A stretch of DNA of 56,589 bases from a virus (taxonomy: Duplodnaviria; Caudoviricetes). Shown one piece after another: positions 9,052-17,442 of the stretch; the stretch's first letter is position 1; every line of letters starts with the position of its first letter. The notes under the pieces are model-generated. The model was not told where the DNA came from, did no database searches, and worked only from the letters and a program-made list of their open reading frames with translations. A program made the position numbers and the translations under genes. Location of the stretch: positions 1-56,589 of the IMG/VR virus record IMGVR_UViG_3300027419_000038; one strand, written 5' to 3'.

Positions 9052-9555
9052 CTAAGTTGTAGCGTCACCTATATATACTTTTGGGTAGGTTTGGTTTTCA
9101 GGACGAGTACCCAATCCTGGGGTGTATTTCACCGCTTTTACCTTTGTAAAGTTATTCTGAGTCATAGAATCATATAGATAATCATTATAATTATCCTCAT
9201 AGATTGCAGGATGATTTGTAGGGTCATAAGCTTTCCCATTCCAGAATAAAAAACAATGGCACTCTTCAGAATTGTACACATAAATCATGTGTATATTTCT
9301 TTCACCAATATTATATAGGTAATCTGCAAATGCTGTAGCCTTATCATCACAATCCCCTTTTCCATCGTTAAGTAATTGACTGGGGGCTTTGGCTAAACGT
9401 CCCCCATCAGAATCGTATGGTAAGTCGGCGATTATATTAAAATAGCATTCCACTGATTCATTTCCTGCGAGGATTGTAACATTATTTATCCCAAATGTAC
9501 AATTTACCCCCACTAAAACAACCAGATACATTACAAATAATAGTTCAGTTTTCAT
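9052..9555 (-). CDS. Secreted/membrane transglutaminase-like (papain-fold) cysteine peptidase
   Basis: Hydrophobic N-terminal signal; GKGDCDDKA (Cys), CHCFL (His), AYDPT (Asp); GGAGGG RBS before ATG 9555. Confidence 0.8.
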   Translation of the reverse strand: MKTELLFVMYLVVLVGVNCTFGINNVTILAGNESVECYFNIIADLPYDSDGGRLAKAPSQLLNDGKGDCDDKATAFADYLYNIGERNIHMIYVYNSEECHCFLFWNGKAYDPTNHPAIYEDNYNDYLYDSMTQNNFTKVKAVKYTPGLGTRPENQTYPKVYIGDATT

Positions 9556-9623
9556 AATATCCCCTCCGTTTTCCAATTCTCATTATGTATGCGGGGGTAT
9601 TTATATTTTTTGGAATTAATTTT

Positions 9624-9638
9624 TAAATAAAAAAAAAG
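9624..9638 (-). terminator. Oligo-T archaeal terminator after the RNA ligase gene
   Basis: T-tract on the minus strand immediately after the stop. Confidence 0.55.
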
Positions 9639-9641
9639 CCT

Positions 9642-11054
9642 TCAACTACGTGTTGCAGTGAAGGCTTGGTATACTTTACCAGATAGTCGTTTCCCATCAG
9701 GATAGAGTTTCGCATAGGTTTGCATCTTTAATGTAACCTCTGCATCTTCTCCCACCTCTTGGTTGACCCTGGCACAAATCTGTTCGAGTTCCTCTGTCAT
9801 ATCAACCTTTTTTATGAATTTCCCAAAGGTTGATTTTATTTTCTGTTCTGTGTTGGAGTCTTTTAGCAGTGGTTCTGGGTATTCTTCGCTTAATTCTTCT
9901 TTTACGAATGCTATGACATATTCTATTGGAATCTCAGCCAGGTCTTCATAGGAGTTTTCCTTTAGTTTGTTGAGTGCTTTGCGTATATCATGGGTTGGGA
10001 TTCCACATGCTTGTTTTATATGCCCTTCCCGTACACTGATGGCCTTACATTTGTTTAGGGTGCGTCCTGATTGCCATACTGCACCTTCAATTATGATTTT
10101 CCCAGGGTTTTCCTTCTGGAAGTTCATATTGATTTTCTCAAAGTATACTTCCATTTCTTTATATAATGCTCTTAAATCATCAGCACTGGGTGCGTCTTCA
10201 TCCATTTTAACCCAGGAGTCATATCTGTCTAGGAAATCTGCTGTGGGTAATGCCCCATATCCCCCATCAAGGGGCATTATTTTAAAGACTTCCATCGCAC
10301 GTGGGATTTTATGGACGTGGCATAATGCGTCGAATAATGTGGATTCTACAAGGTCTCCTTCACTATGGAATGCACAGAGTCCTACTAATTGGACGTTTTC
10401 AAATTCATCCCCTAGGAACCGGTAGTCTATTTCATGCAGGTTTTCTCCGCCGATGAGTTCGTATGCCATGGAGAATCCTGTTTGGGTTACTGCGTTTATC
10501 ATTCCCCCTGTGTAGGCTTCGAATGCCATGTCATAGAATTTCCCAGAGAGTTCGGGCATTAAACGGGTTTTCATCAGGACTTCTACGATTTCCCCTTTCT
10601 GGTTTTTGAGTGGGTACATTAGGATGTTTGTACCGTCTTCTTTCAATCGTACGGTAGGTAATTCGAGTTCGTGCCGCATATCTGGGTATGTTATCTTCGG
10701 CATCCCCTGCACGTACTGTTCCACCATTTCTTTGTCTACCTGGGTTATCATGAGACTCCCCATGTGCCCCCCCCGGCTTTTACAAATGTATCCTTGCACC
10801 TGCCGCCCCTGGGGGCTTTCTATTTCAAAAGGGTGGATGTTTTTAACACTAGTGTCCACCAGTTCTGCAAATTCTTCTCTTTCCATTATTACCATCTCCC
10901 ATTCAGGCCCCCTCAATACATTAGCAATTATGAAACCAATTGTAAAGAAGACTATATACATGAAATATTCCATATATACGTGCCCTACATACATTATAGC
11001 TAACATTACTACCAATATCCAAAATACTAATGATACCAATTGCATTCCACTCAT
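9642..11054 (-). CDS. ATP-dependent RNA ligase (Rnl2/Rnl3-like covalent nucleotidyltransferase) with N-terminal two-TM extension; probable internal start at 10886
   Basis: QGMPKI, motif I KEDGTN, Ia KTR, III YELIGGEN, IV EGAVW, V KCK; first ~48 aa hydrophobic. Confidence 0.8.
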   Translation of the reverse strand: MSGMQLVSLVFWILVVMLAIMYVGHVYMEYFMYIVFFTIGFIIANVLRGPEWEMVIMEREEFAELVDTSVKNIHPFEIESPQGRQVQGYICKSRGGHMGSLMITQVDKEMVEQYVQGMPKITYPDMRHELELPTVRLKEDGTNILMYPLKNQKGEIVEVLMKTRLMPELSGKFYDMAFEAYTGGMINAVTQTGFSMAYELIGGENLHEIDYRFLGDEFENVQLVGLCAFHSEGDLVESTLFDALCHVHKIPRAMEVFKIMPLDGGYGALPTADFLDRYDSWVKMDEDAPSADDLRALYKEMEVYFEKINMNFQKENPGKIIIEGAVWQSGRTLNKCKAISVREGHIKQACGIPTHDIRKALNKLKENSYEDLAEIPIEYVIAFVKEELSEEYPEPLLKDSNTEQKIKSTFGKFIKKVDMTEELEQICARVNQEVGEDAEVTLKMQTYAKLYPDGKRLSGKVYQAFTATRS

Positions 11055-11752
11055 ATTAATTCCTCCTTCACTCCGAAATCTGATATTCTATTGTCATGTG
11101 CCATATAATTTCCAATTATGATGTTGTATTCTCTTTTTGACAGCCCTATTGATGAGCAGTAGGGGTCACTTTGTATATCTACACTTCTCCCGGAACGCCA
11201 CATGATTAAAATACATAGTGCTAGTATAATTCTTTCACTTGCAGCCCGACTGTGTAACTTCTTAAGACCACCATTCATTTTAAAGTAGTTGAGAATATTC
11301 TTCACATCTTCAAGTTGTCCAGGGGTCATCTGATAGTTTGTTTTACAAACATCTGCAAATGCCCAATACTCTCTGTACCGGTGGTTTTTCATCTCACCCT
11401 CAGTGTCACGGTCGTATTTCCGTTCCAAGTAATGTACTTTAAAGTGTTTCTCTTTACGGGTTAAGAACTGGTGTTCTTCTTTCCCTATCAGGATTTTACC
11501 CTCATTCTGCCGTTCTGCCATCTGCTTTGGTTTGTTATGCTTCACACGTGAAGAGTCTGTTGTTTGCGGGTCTGAGATGAATCCACAAGCTATACATATT
11601 TTCTCCCCTCTATGATTATCTGCATAAGCATAAGCCAATGCTCCACAGTCTGGGCAGTATTTGGCTGTCCTTTGGTGTTGTTTTAGGCTTTCTATTGAAC
11701 CATTATCCTCAATATCGCCCCCCACACCCATTTCCTTCTGTTTGTCCGTCAT
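11051..11752 (-). CDS. TFB/TFIIB-like transcription factor (Zn ribbon plus one cyclin-like repeat)
   Basis: CPDCG....D..RGEKICIACGFI TFIIB-type Zn ribbon; C-terminal helical region with SRAASERIILALC. Confidence 0.75.
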   Translation of the reverse strand: MTDKQKEMGVGGDIEDNGSIESLKQHQRTAKYCPDCGALAYAYADNHRGEKICIACGFISDPQTTDSSRVKHNKPKQMAERQNEGKILIGKEEHQFLTRKEKHFKVHYLERKYDRDTEGEMKNHRYREYWAFADVCKTNYQMTPGQLEDVKNILNYFKMNGGLKKLHSRAASERIILALCILIMWRSGRSVDIQSDPYCSSIGLSKREYNIIIGNYMAHDNRISDFGVKEELI

Positions 11753-12302
11753 GTGTTGAATCCTCCAAGTATTTTTGTATTGTTTTCACTGTGGATGTAA
11801 TGTCACACCCCTTTGCCTGCCTCTGTATTGTGTTTAAGTCTTCTCCTATATTATCCTTTTGGATAAGCGAACAGCGTATGTGGGTTTGGTAAACTTTAGT
11901 TTGTCCCTGCACCCTTGATTGTAGTAAGCCCATGGATTCCATCGTATTGGATAATCTCCTAGCATAATCTATGCTTATCTTGAGTGTTTGGGCTATATCA
12001 AATGATGTAAATTCGACCCCAGAAACGTATAGTGGGAGGAGTTTTTCGAAATAAATCTTATGCACTCTTCGCATTAAGGCTAATTTGCCATGTACCTTCT
12101 CACATTCTTTACAGGAGTAACGGTACCCACTTAAATTGTTATTGTTTCGATTAAACTCCTTTATAGGTTTAACCTTCTTACACCTATTGCACGTTTGATG
12201 AGTTACAATCTTATCTGAATTGTAATAGGTTACTTTAACCCCCTGGGGGTCTGGGAGTTGGTAATTCTCCTTCTCAGGGATTTTAGCGATTTCCGAAATC
12301 AT
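11709..12302 (-). CDS. Zn-finger plus winged-HTH DNA-binding protein
   Basis: CNRCKKVKP..EF.......GYRYSCKEC; FTSFDIAQTLKIS..YARRLSNTMESMGLL wHTH. Confidence 0.7.
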   Translation of the reverse strand: MISEIAKIPEKENYQLPDPQGVKVTYYNSDKIVTHQTCNRCKKVKPIKEFNRNNNNLSGYRYSCKECEKVHGKLALMRRVHKIYFEKLLPLYVSGVEFTSFDIAQTLKISIDYARRLSNTMESMGLLQSRVQGQTKVYQTHIRCSLIQKDNIGEDLNTIQRQAKGCDITSTVKTIQKYLEDSTHDGQTEGNGCGGRY

Positions 12303-12660
12303 GTTTAGCCTCCTTTTCTAGTATTTGTGATTCATATTCTAACATTTCTTTAAACGTGTCCACACATTCCGTATGAACTAAGAAGTGACCTATGTACTCA
12401 TAAGAGTCAGGACCCCCTTCTCCATAAGAACGTGGGAGTATTTGTAATCTCCTATCACACACAATACACCCGTTTTTATGAATGTCGAGACAATCCCGAC
12501 TGTATTTTGTTTCTGTGGTTTCTATTCTCCGTGCTTCTGTGAAGTCACAGCCTTTATTCCTGCAAACAACCATGTTCTCGGATTTACGTCCCCAGTAACT
12601 AAGCCACCCCCCACATTCTGGGCACACATGGAAAGTCCACCTATCTCTCTTCTCAGCCAC
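12283..12660 (-). CDS. Double zinc-finger protein
   Basis: CPECGG..C...GC and CIVC..HTEC. Confidence 0.65.
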   Translation of the reverse strand: MAEKRDRWTFHVCPECGGWLSYWGRKSENMVVCRNKGCDFTEARRIETTETKYSRDCLDIHKNGCIVCDRRLQILPRSYGEGGPDSYEYIGHFLVHTECVDTFKEMLEYESQILEKEAKHDFGNR

Positions 12661-12843
12661 TTAAAGCCTCCTCTTGATTCCTGATTTTTCTAATTTGAAT
12701 ATGTGTCTTGCTTCCCGCCGTGAGTTGATGTTAAGGGCTGTATGGTGCCAGGCGAAGTAAATGGATAATCGTATCCCCTTTCCCTGACTCCTGGAGTGTT
12801 TAAACCCATATTTGAAGTGCCGTATGTCTTCTTTTATATGCAT
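12661..12843 (-). CDS. Hypothetical basic protein
   Basis: Fills the operon gap; GGGGGAG RBS. Confidence 0.5.
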   Translation of the reverse strand: MHIKEDIRHFKYGFKHSRSQGKGIRLSIYFAWHHTALNINSRREARHIFKLEKSGIKRRL

Positions 12844-13709
12844 GGAACTCCCCCATAATAAAAGAAATGTGCCACGATTTTATCCACATCCCGATTCAGT
12901 TTGGATAAAAAACTGTCATTATACACTTCAAAGTCCCAGTCTCCACTGTATAGGTTAAATTTACCCTTATCCCTGGCTACTCGGTCGTCCCCTACTGAGT
13001 TTTTCCTTGCACCCCCATCACGATAGATTCGCAGCCCCCTTACATTGTACTGTTCGTTGTATTTGGTTTTAAGCATACTGTATCCAGATTCATCTATAAC
13101 ATACGTGTTGCATCGCCCCACATCCTCATGGAAGCAGCAGTATCGGGTTCCTTCCCATTCAGTGTATGCAATCATATCCTCTAGTTTAAATTTGTTAAAG
13201 GATTGTTTTGTATGGAATGTATGGTCCTTGTCTCCAGGGTTTCGAGGTTTACGGTCGGTGTGGCTCCTTATCATTGGGATACCGTACATTTTTTCTATGT
13301 ACTCGGCTACATGGGTTTTCCCACTCCCGGACTCTCCTATTATGCATAGTATCTTTGGGCGTTTCAAAAACCTTTCCAGTGCTCCCATCGACCCAAGTAT
13401 AGGTATCCTGTGAGCTTTCGCATATTCCCTTTCCTGTGCAACGCCTGGTGAAGTTTTCCAGCCGGGTACTAATACCATTGCATCGGAGGAATCTAATAAT
13501 CCTAAGCTTGATTCTATCACGTCCTCGTATGTTAAATCTCCTTCTATTAAACATGATATGAAGTCGTTTCCAGGAACCATGGGGATTCCACCCTTTTTAC
13601 GAACTATCCCCCCATAGATTCCCATCTTTTTCAAATTCCGAATATATTCCATTTCACTGCCAGAGAGTTTACCAGCAACATATATTTTGTCTTTAATCAC
13701 TTTTAACAT
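12834..13709 (-). CDS. Fusion: DUF4406/nucleoside 2-deoxyribosyltransferase-like domain + guanylate kinase-like P-loop domain
   Basis: KIYVAGKLSG...SDAMVLVPGWKTSPGVAQEREYA; GESGSGKT, SHTDRKPR, DHTFH, YVIDESG. Confidence 0.85.
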   Translation of the reverse strand: MLKVIKDKIYVAGKLSGSEMEYIRNLKKMGIYGGIVRKKGGIPMVPGNDFISCLIEGDLTYEDVIESSLGLLDSSDAMVLVPGWKTSPGVAQEREYAKAHRIPILGSMGALERFLKRPKILCIIGESGSGKTHVAEYIEKMYGIPMIRSHTDRKPRNPGDKDHTFHTKQSFNKFKLEDMIAYTEWEGTRYCCFHEDVGRCNTYVIDESGYSMLKTKYNEQYNVRGLRIYRDGGARKNSVGDDRVARDKGKFNLYSGDWDFEVYNDSFLSKLNRDVDKIVAHFFYYGGVPCI

Positions 13710-14205
13710 CGTATGCCTCCAATTTATGGTTCATGAGGAAGTCTTCCATCACTAGACAATAACCCTCAAATTCTACCAGTGGAACTATAACCCCATACGC
13801 ACAATATCCCTTATTTTCCACCCGTAATTCAGGATACATTGATTTCCATCGTTCTATCTTCAATCTAATGGTGCGTGCAGGTATCACTAACAATTTACTT
13901 GCACCAGGGATGTAGTAAATCAAATAATCTGCTTTAGATGTGTAAGCCCACCCTGGTTTATCGTATATATCCATAGATACTGTTTCAATAAACACATTCC
14001 CCGTGACTGAAGCTTGGAAGTCTGTTTTGTATTCCATTTTATACTCCGTACCACCAGGATACTGGAAAATGCGGTCGTAACCCTCTGCCTTCTCAGTTTC
14101 CAACGTTACGGGCAGGATTGTAAAATAGGGTTTGAAGAATTTGTCAATTTCTTCTTCACCTTTTTTTCCTTTAACTAATTGCTCTGCGAAGTCGTATTTG
14201 GATAT
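13693..14205 (-). CDS. PD-(D/E)XK-like nuclease-fold phage protein (probable ATA start at 14205)
   Basis: F.EQL..G..GE, GYD, EYKTD....TGNVFIE..S..KPGW..TSKAD motifs; frame open upstream to ATA behind GGGGTGA. Confidence 0.7.
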   Translation of the reverse strand: MSKYDFAEQLVKGKKGEEEIDKFFKPYFTILPVTLETEKAEGYDRIFQYPGGTEYKMEYKTDFQASVTGNVFIETVSMDIYDKPGWAYTSKADYLIYYIPGASKLLVIPARTIRLKIERWKSMYPELRVENKGYCAYGVIVPLVEFEGYCLVMEDFLMNHKLEAYDVKSD

Positions 14206-14359
14206 GAGTTCACCCCAAATCGTTATCGAAGTCCCTTAATCCATTGTAATAGTCACGTGCACGTTTCTGCCTTCTTATTTTATCTTTTAACTGAGTCTTA
14301 TTATTCGCCTTGGGGATTGGGGGTTCTAGTGCACATAACGCATCAGTGAAGGCATCCAT

Positions 14360-14653
14360 TTAGGGTGCCTCCTTTTTTTTAAGATATTCTGCCAGGTGAA
14401 GTTTTAATGGCACCAATATCTTCCCAGGGACATTATTCAGTTTAACCATTTGCCTTGAGGAAGTCCATCCATCTCGGAAGTTTAAATACGGTTTCCCCAT
14501 GTTTGCACTGGTTATTCCTCTTACAAGAATCCCTTTGCTATCATCAATTTCTTTGATAATTCCAACGTTCAAGTCTCCACTATTATCGTGCCGGACCCCG
14601 TATGCCACTACATCCCCAGTATTTAATTTTTCTCCAAATATGTCACGTAGCAT
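14360..14653 (-). CDS. Hypothetical SH3/KOW-like protein
   Basis: DIFGEKLNTGDVVAY pattern; GGAGGT RBS. Confidence 0.6.
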   Translation of the reverse strand: MLRDIFGEKLNTGDVVAYGVRHDNSGDLNVGIIKEIDDSKGILVRGITSANMGKPYLNFRDGWTSSRQMVKLNNVPGKILVPLKLHLAEYLKKKEAP

Positions 14654-14655
14654 AA

Positions 14656-15033
14656 TTATACCTCCGATACATGTTCTTTTAATCGTCTAAGGAACTGTCT
14701 CCCATCAGCCCTCCCCATGCTTATTCTTAGAGTGGGCAAGTCCTCTTCTGCGATTGGGGGGGCGTAAATTTCTAACCCGGAATTTTTGATTAAGAGGTTA
14801 TAAGGTTCCCCATCTATATCTTCTCCCCGGATATCAACGGGGTGTAGGAGAGAATAGAAGAGAGTGAGGTGTTCTTCTAAGATATTTACTATTCGTATTG
14901 TTTCACTCACACTCCACATTATCCCCCTAGTTACATCACTAACCATAGTGACCCCTGTTGTTTTATCCCCATGGAGCCAGGTCCTGTATACTATTCCGTT
15001 ATTGCCCATATTCCTATACATCATTTCCGACAC
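14656..15033 (-). CDS. Hypothetical protein with two beta/alpha repeats
   Basis: GGAGTG RBS; two amphipathic helices each preceded by beta-like segments. Confidence 0.6.
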   Translation of the reverse strand: MSEMMYRNMGNNGIVYRTWLHGDKTTGVTMVSDVTRGIMWSVSETIRIVNILEEHLTLFYSLLHPVDIRGEDIDGEPYNLLIKNSGLEIYAPPIAEEDLPTLRISMGRADGRQFLRRLKEHVSEV

Positions 15034-15236
15034 TCCATCTCATTGATTTCCTTCGTTAAGAATGAAACTATGTCTTTACAATTCTGTAATGAGAGCAAAC
15101 AATCCCTCCCTTTTAAAGCCCCTTTTGATGGTATGCCCATGAAAACACCTTCCTCACCAGGGGGTTGTGCAGGATAATCATTCTTTCTAAAATAGAAAGG
15201 AGTGTCATACACCCCTTCCCCATCTAATTGAATCAT
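15021..15236 (-). CDS. Small beta/alpha protein
   Basis: C-terminal LSLQNCKDIVSFLTKEINEME; GGAGGG RBS. Confidence 0.6.
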   Translation of the reverse strand: MIQLDGEGVYDTPFYFRKNDYPAQPPGEEGVFMGIPSKGALKGRDCLLSLQNCKDIVSFLTKEINEMECRK

Positions 15237-15526
15237 TCAGACCCCTCCTTCAACTCCCCTTTACTCTGGAGTTCTGCTAAAATGTCTCCAGGGGTTGGAG
15301 TTCCCTCTAATCGGAGGTTGGGCATCATCTGAGCCATGTTCCCTAAAATTGCCACCAGAACATGTATTTCCTTTTTACTAAGCTCTGTTTCGATAAAATC
15401 AGTGCCATCATCTACTACAATGCAGATGACATCCCCTATGAGGTTTATAGTTAATTCAACTGAAGCCCCATTCATATCCGAGGTGCTTAAATTTGCATAT
15501 ACTCCATCTTGTTTTCTATCGGCCAT
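15233..15526 (-). CDS. Small beta/alpha protein
   Basis: TELSKKEIHVLVAIL helix after beta-rich segment. Confidence 0.6.
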   Translation of the reverse strand: MADRKQDGVYANLSTSDMNGASVELTINLIGDVICIVVDDGTDFIETELSKKEIHVLVAILGNMAQMMPNLRLEGTPTPGDILAELQSKGELKEGSE

Positions 15527-15986
15527 CCTTCATCATCCCCTCTACTTCATTTACGTGCTTTGTTAAGTATTCAATTAAACCTTTCACTGCGTTTAATTGG
15601 ATTATTGCGTCTTCTTTTTTATCCCCATTCCGTGTTCCTTTGAATGCGTTATCTCCAACAACGAAGAGGACATCCCCATCATGGTAGCGTTCTAATCTTA
15701 CTTTACCGAACGGTCCTTCCGCAGAGAAATTATCAGCGAACATATCACACATCATACTCCCCGGGACACTGGGGTCTCTATAGATGTATCCTTTTTTATC
15801 CTCTTTTTCCTTGGTGAAGTGTTCTAGGATTTTCTTGGACAAATCAACACCCTGGTCTCCGTCAATCATGAATTGTAAGTCCCCATCTTTATAGAACTCT
15901 ATAGCATCGGTTGTATAAGTAGGGTAAACGTCAACTTTTATGTCTTCCCCATTATCATTTTCGTAATTGTATTGTTCCATTGGCAT
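15516..15986 (-). CDS. Hypothetical protein with two beta/alpha repeats
   Basis: AGGAGG RBS; C-terminal IQLNAVKGLIEYLTKHVNEVE. Confidence 0.7.
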   Translation of the reverse strand: MPMEQYNYENDNGEDIKVDVYPTYTTDAIEFYKDGDLQFMIDGDQGVDLSKKILEHFTKEKEDKKGYIYRDPSVPGSMMCDMFADNFSAEGPFGKVRLERYHDGDVLFVVGDNAFKGTRNGDKKEDAIIQLNAVKGLIEYLTKHVNEVEGMMKDGR

Positions 15987-16015
15987 TTCCTCCTTAAAAA
16001 AATGGTAATTGGAGT

Positions 16016-16426
16016 TTATTTTATGATAAACTCTTCTGGGAATAGTGGGTAGCCACTCATTTCCTCATAGTTTTCCACGCAGTAGTTGTACATGGTTTCG
16101 ATACGGGTGTTGTGGAATGTGAAGACTGGTTTATGGGGGGGGTGGTTTAGTTTAGTCCATAAGCCTAGTTTCTGTATTTCGTTGTTCATCCACACGTGGA
16201 TTGCGTTTTGCCTATCAAATCCCCTCGCATAACAATATGGTATTGCCATAGGGATTTCTAATGGTAGGTTCCTGAAGAATCCTGGTATTTTAAACTGAGA
16301 TTCGAGTACTGCTAGTTCTTTACGTTTTTCCTCTAGTTTTGAGGGGATTTCTTCAAGTTTGGTTTCTAAGAATTTGATTTCTCCCTTAACCTCTGTTATT
16401 CTTTGACTTGCACTACATGTTGCCAT
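16016..16426 (-). CDS. Coiled-coil protein, paralogue of 16429..16809
   Basis: FKIPGFFRN...WMNNE...GYPLFPEEFI. Confidence 0.75.
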   Translation of the reverse strand: MATCSASQRITEVKGEIKFLETKLEEIPSKLEEKRKELAVLESQFKIPGFFRNLPLEIPMAIPYCYARGFDRQNAIHVWMNNEIQKLGLWTKLNHPPHKPVFTFHNTRIETMYNYCVENYEEMSGYPLFPEEFIIK

Positions 16427-16428
16427 AT

Positions 16429-16809
16429 TTACATCCTCCGTGGTATGAATTTTTCAGGGAATTTTGGATGCCCTGCCATGTCTTTAACCTTGTCAACGGC
16501 TACGTTGTATATTCTTTCAACACAGTTTGCACTGAATATGATTTCTCCACTTATCTGAGGTAATGCGTTGTAGTCTTTGAGTTCGTTCATCATCCATTTC
16601 TGGTATGGTTTTTCCACCCCCATAATTTGTCCAGCGTAACCTCCTCGTGGTTTTAAACGGATTCCAGTCATGTTCCTGAAGAATGCAGGGATTTTGAAAT
16701 CTCGTTTTAATTCTTCTAGTTTAGCCGTAGATTCTTTTAATTCGGCTTCCTTCATTTTAACTTCTTCTTCTGCTAATTCTATGGCTGTTTTTGCTTCACA
16801 TGTACTCAT
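16429..16809 (-). CDS. Coiled-coil protein, paralogue of 16016..16426
   Basis: FKIPAFFRN...WMMNE...GHPKFPEKFI. Confidence 0.75.
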   Translation of the reverse strand: MSTCEAKTAIELAEEEVKMKEAELKESTAKLEELKRDFKIPAFFRNMTGIRLKPRGGYAGQIMGVEKPYQKWMMNELKDYNALPQISGEIIFSANCVERIYNVAVDKVKDMAGHPKFPEKFIPRRM

Positions 16810-16814
16810 ATTAT

Positions 16815-17408
16815 TTACCTCCGTTTAGCCTTGCCTTTTTCAGGTTTTGGCTGTATTCTACTACTTAACATATCGGCATGGTGCACGATATGTGCTTCTG
16901 GGGTTTGCGGGTCGATGAGTGACCCCCATCCCCTTCGTACGTCGCCGTGGTGGCTTCCCACCACATGGAGTATTGGGTTTAATTTGGCTTTAGGGAATTT
17001 AAGTTCCTTGGCAGCCTCTTGGATTATTAAAAATCCTTCCCCAATGTGTTCTAATTGCTTAGATATGTCAGTTCGTTTGTATGGGACTTTTTCAGAGATT
17101 GCACCACTTTTTAGGATGTTATCCTGGTAGTGTCTCGCTTTTCCCACATCATGGAGTGTTGAACCAACATCTACGACGTTTGTGTCTACTTTTGACTGGA
17201 AATGGTTTGCCATTATCATGGAAAGTTTGTTTACGTCCACGGAATGGTCTTTTAATCCACCTTTATAGTTGTGGTGGTATTTGGTCGACCCTGGCATTGT
17301 GAAAAAGCCGTTTCCAGCTATTTCTAATGCCTTTTCGATTAATTGCAAGTATCGGGGGTGCAATTCATCAAATTCGATTCCCAGTTTTTCAATTATTTGT
17401 GAGGGCAT
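16815..17408 (-). CDS. HD-domain phosphohydrolase (YhaM/Cbf1-like, lacking OB domain)
   Basis: PGSTKYHH..GGLKDHS, LHDVGK, EHIGEG, SHHG, TPEA.IVHHAD. Confidence 0.9.
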   Translation of the reverse strand: MPSQIIEKLGIEFDELHPRYLQLIEKALEIAGNGFFTMPGSTKYHHNYKGGLKDHSVDVNKLSMIMANHFQSKVDTNVVDVGSTLHDVGKARHYQDNILKSGAISEKVPYKRTDISKQLEHIGEGFLIIQEAAKELKFPKAKLNPILHVVGSHHGDVRRGWGSLIDPQTPEAHIVHHADMLSSRIQPKPEKGKAKRR

Positions 17409-17442
17409 TAATTGTCTCCATAGTTAATAGTGGGGGATGATA

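Noticed and set aside
9642-11054. ATP-dependent DNA ligase
   Set aside because: KxDGxN rather than KxDGxR, Rnl-type GMPKI and ExxGxxN motifs, helical C terminus with no OB domain
12834-17408. dZ or 7-deazaguanine DNA modification pathway (kinase + HD)
   Set aside because: No PurZ, DpdA, FolE/QueCDE or viral polymerase; the HD protein is YhaM-like; GATC avoidance argues against globally modified DNA
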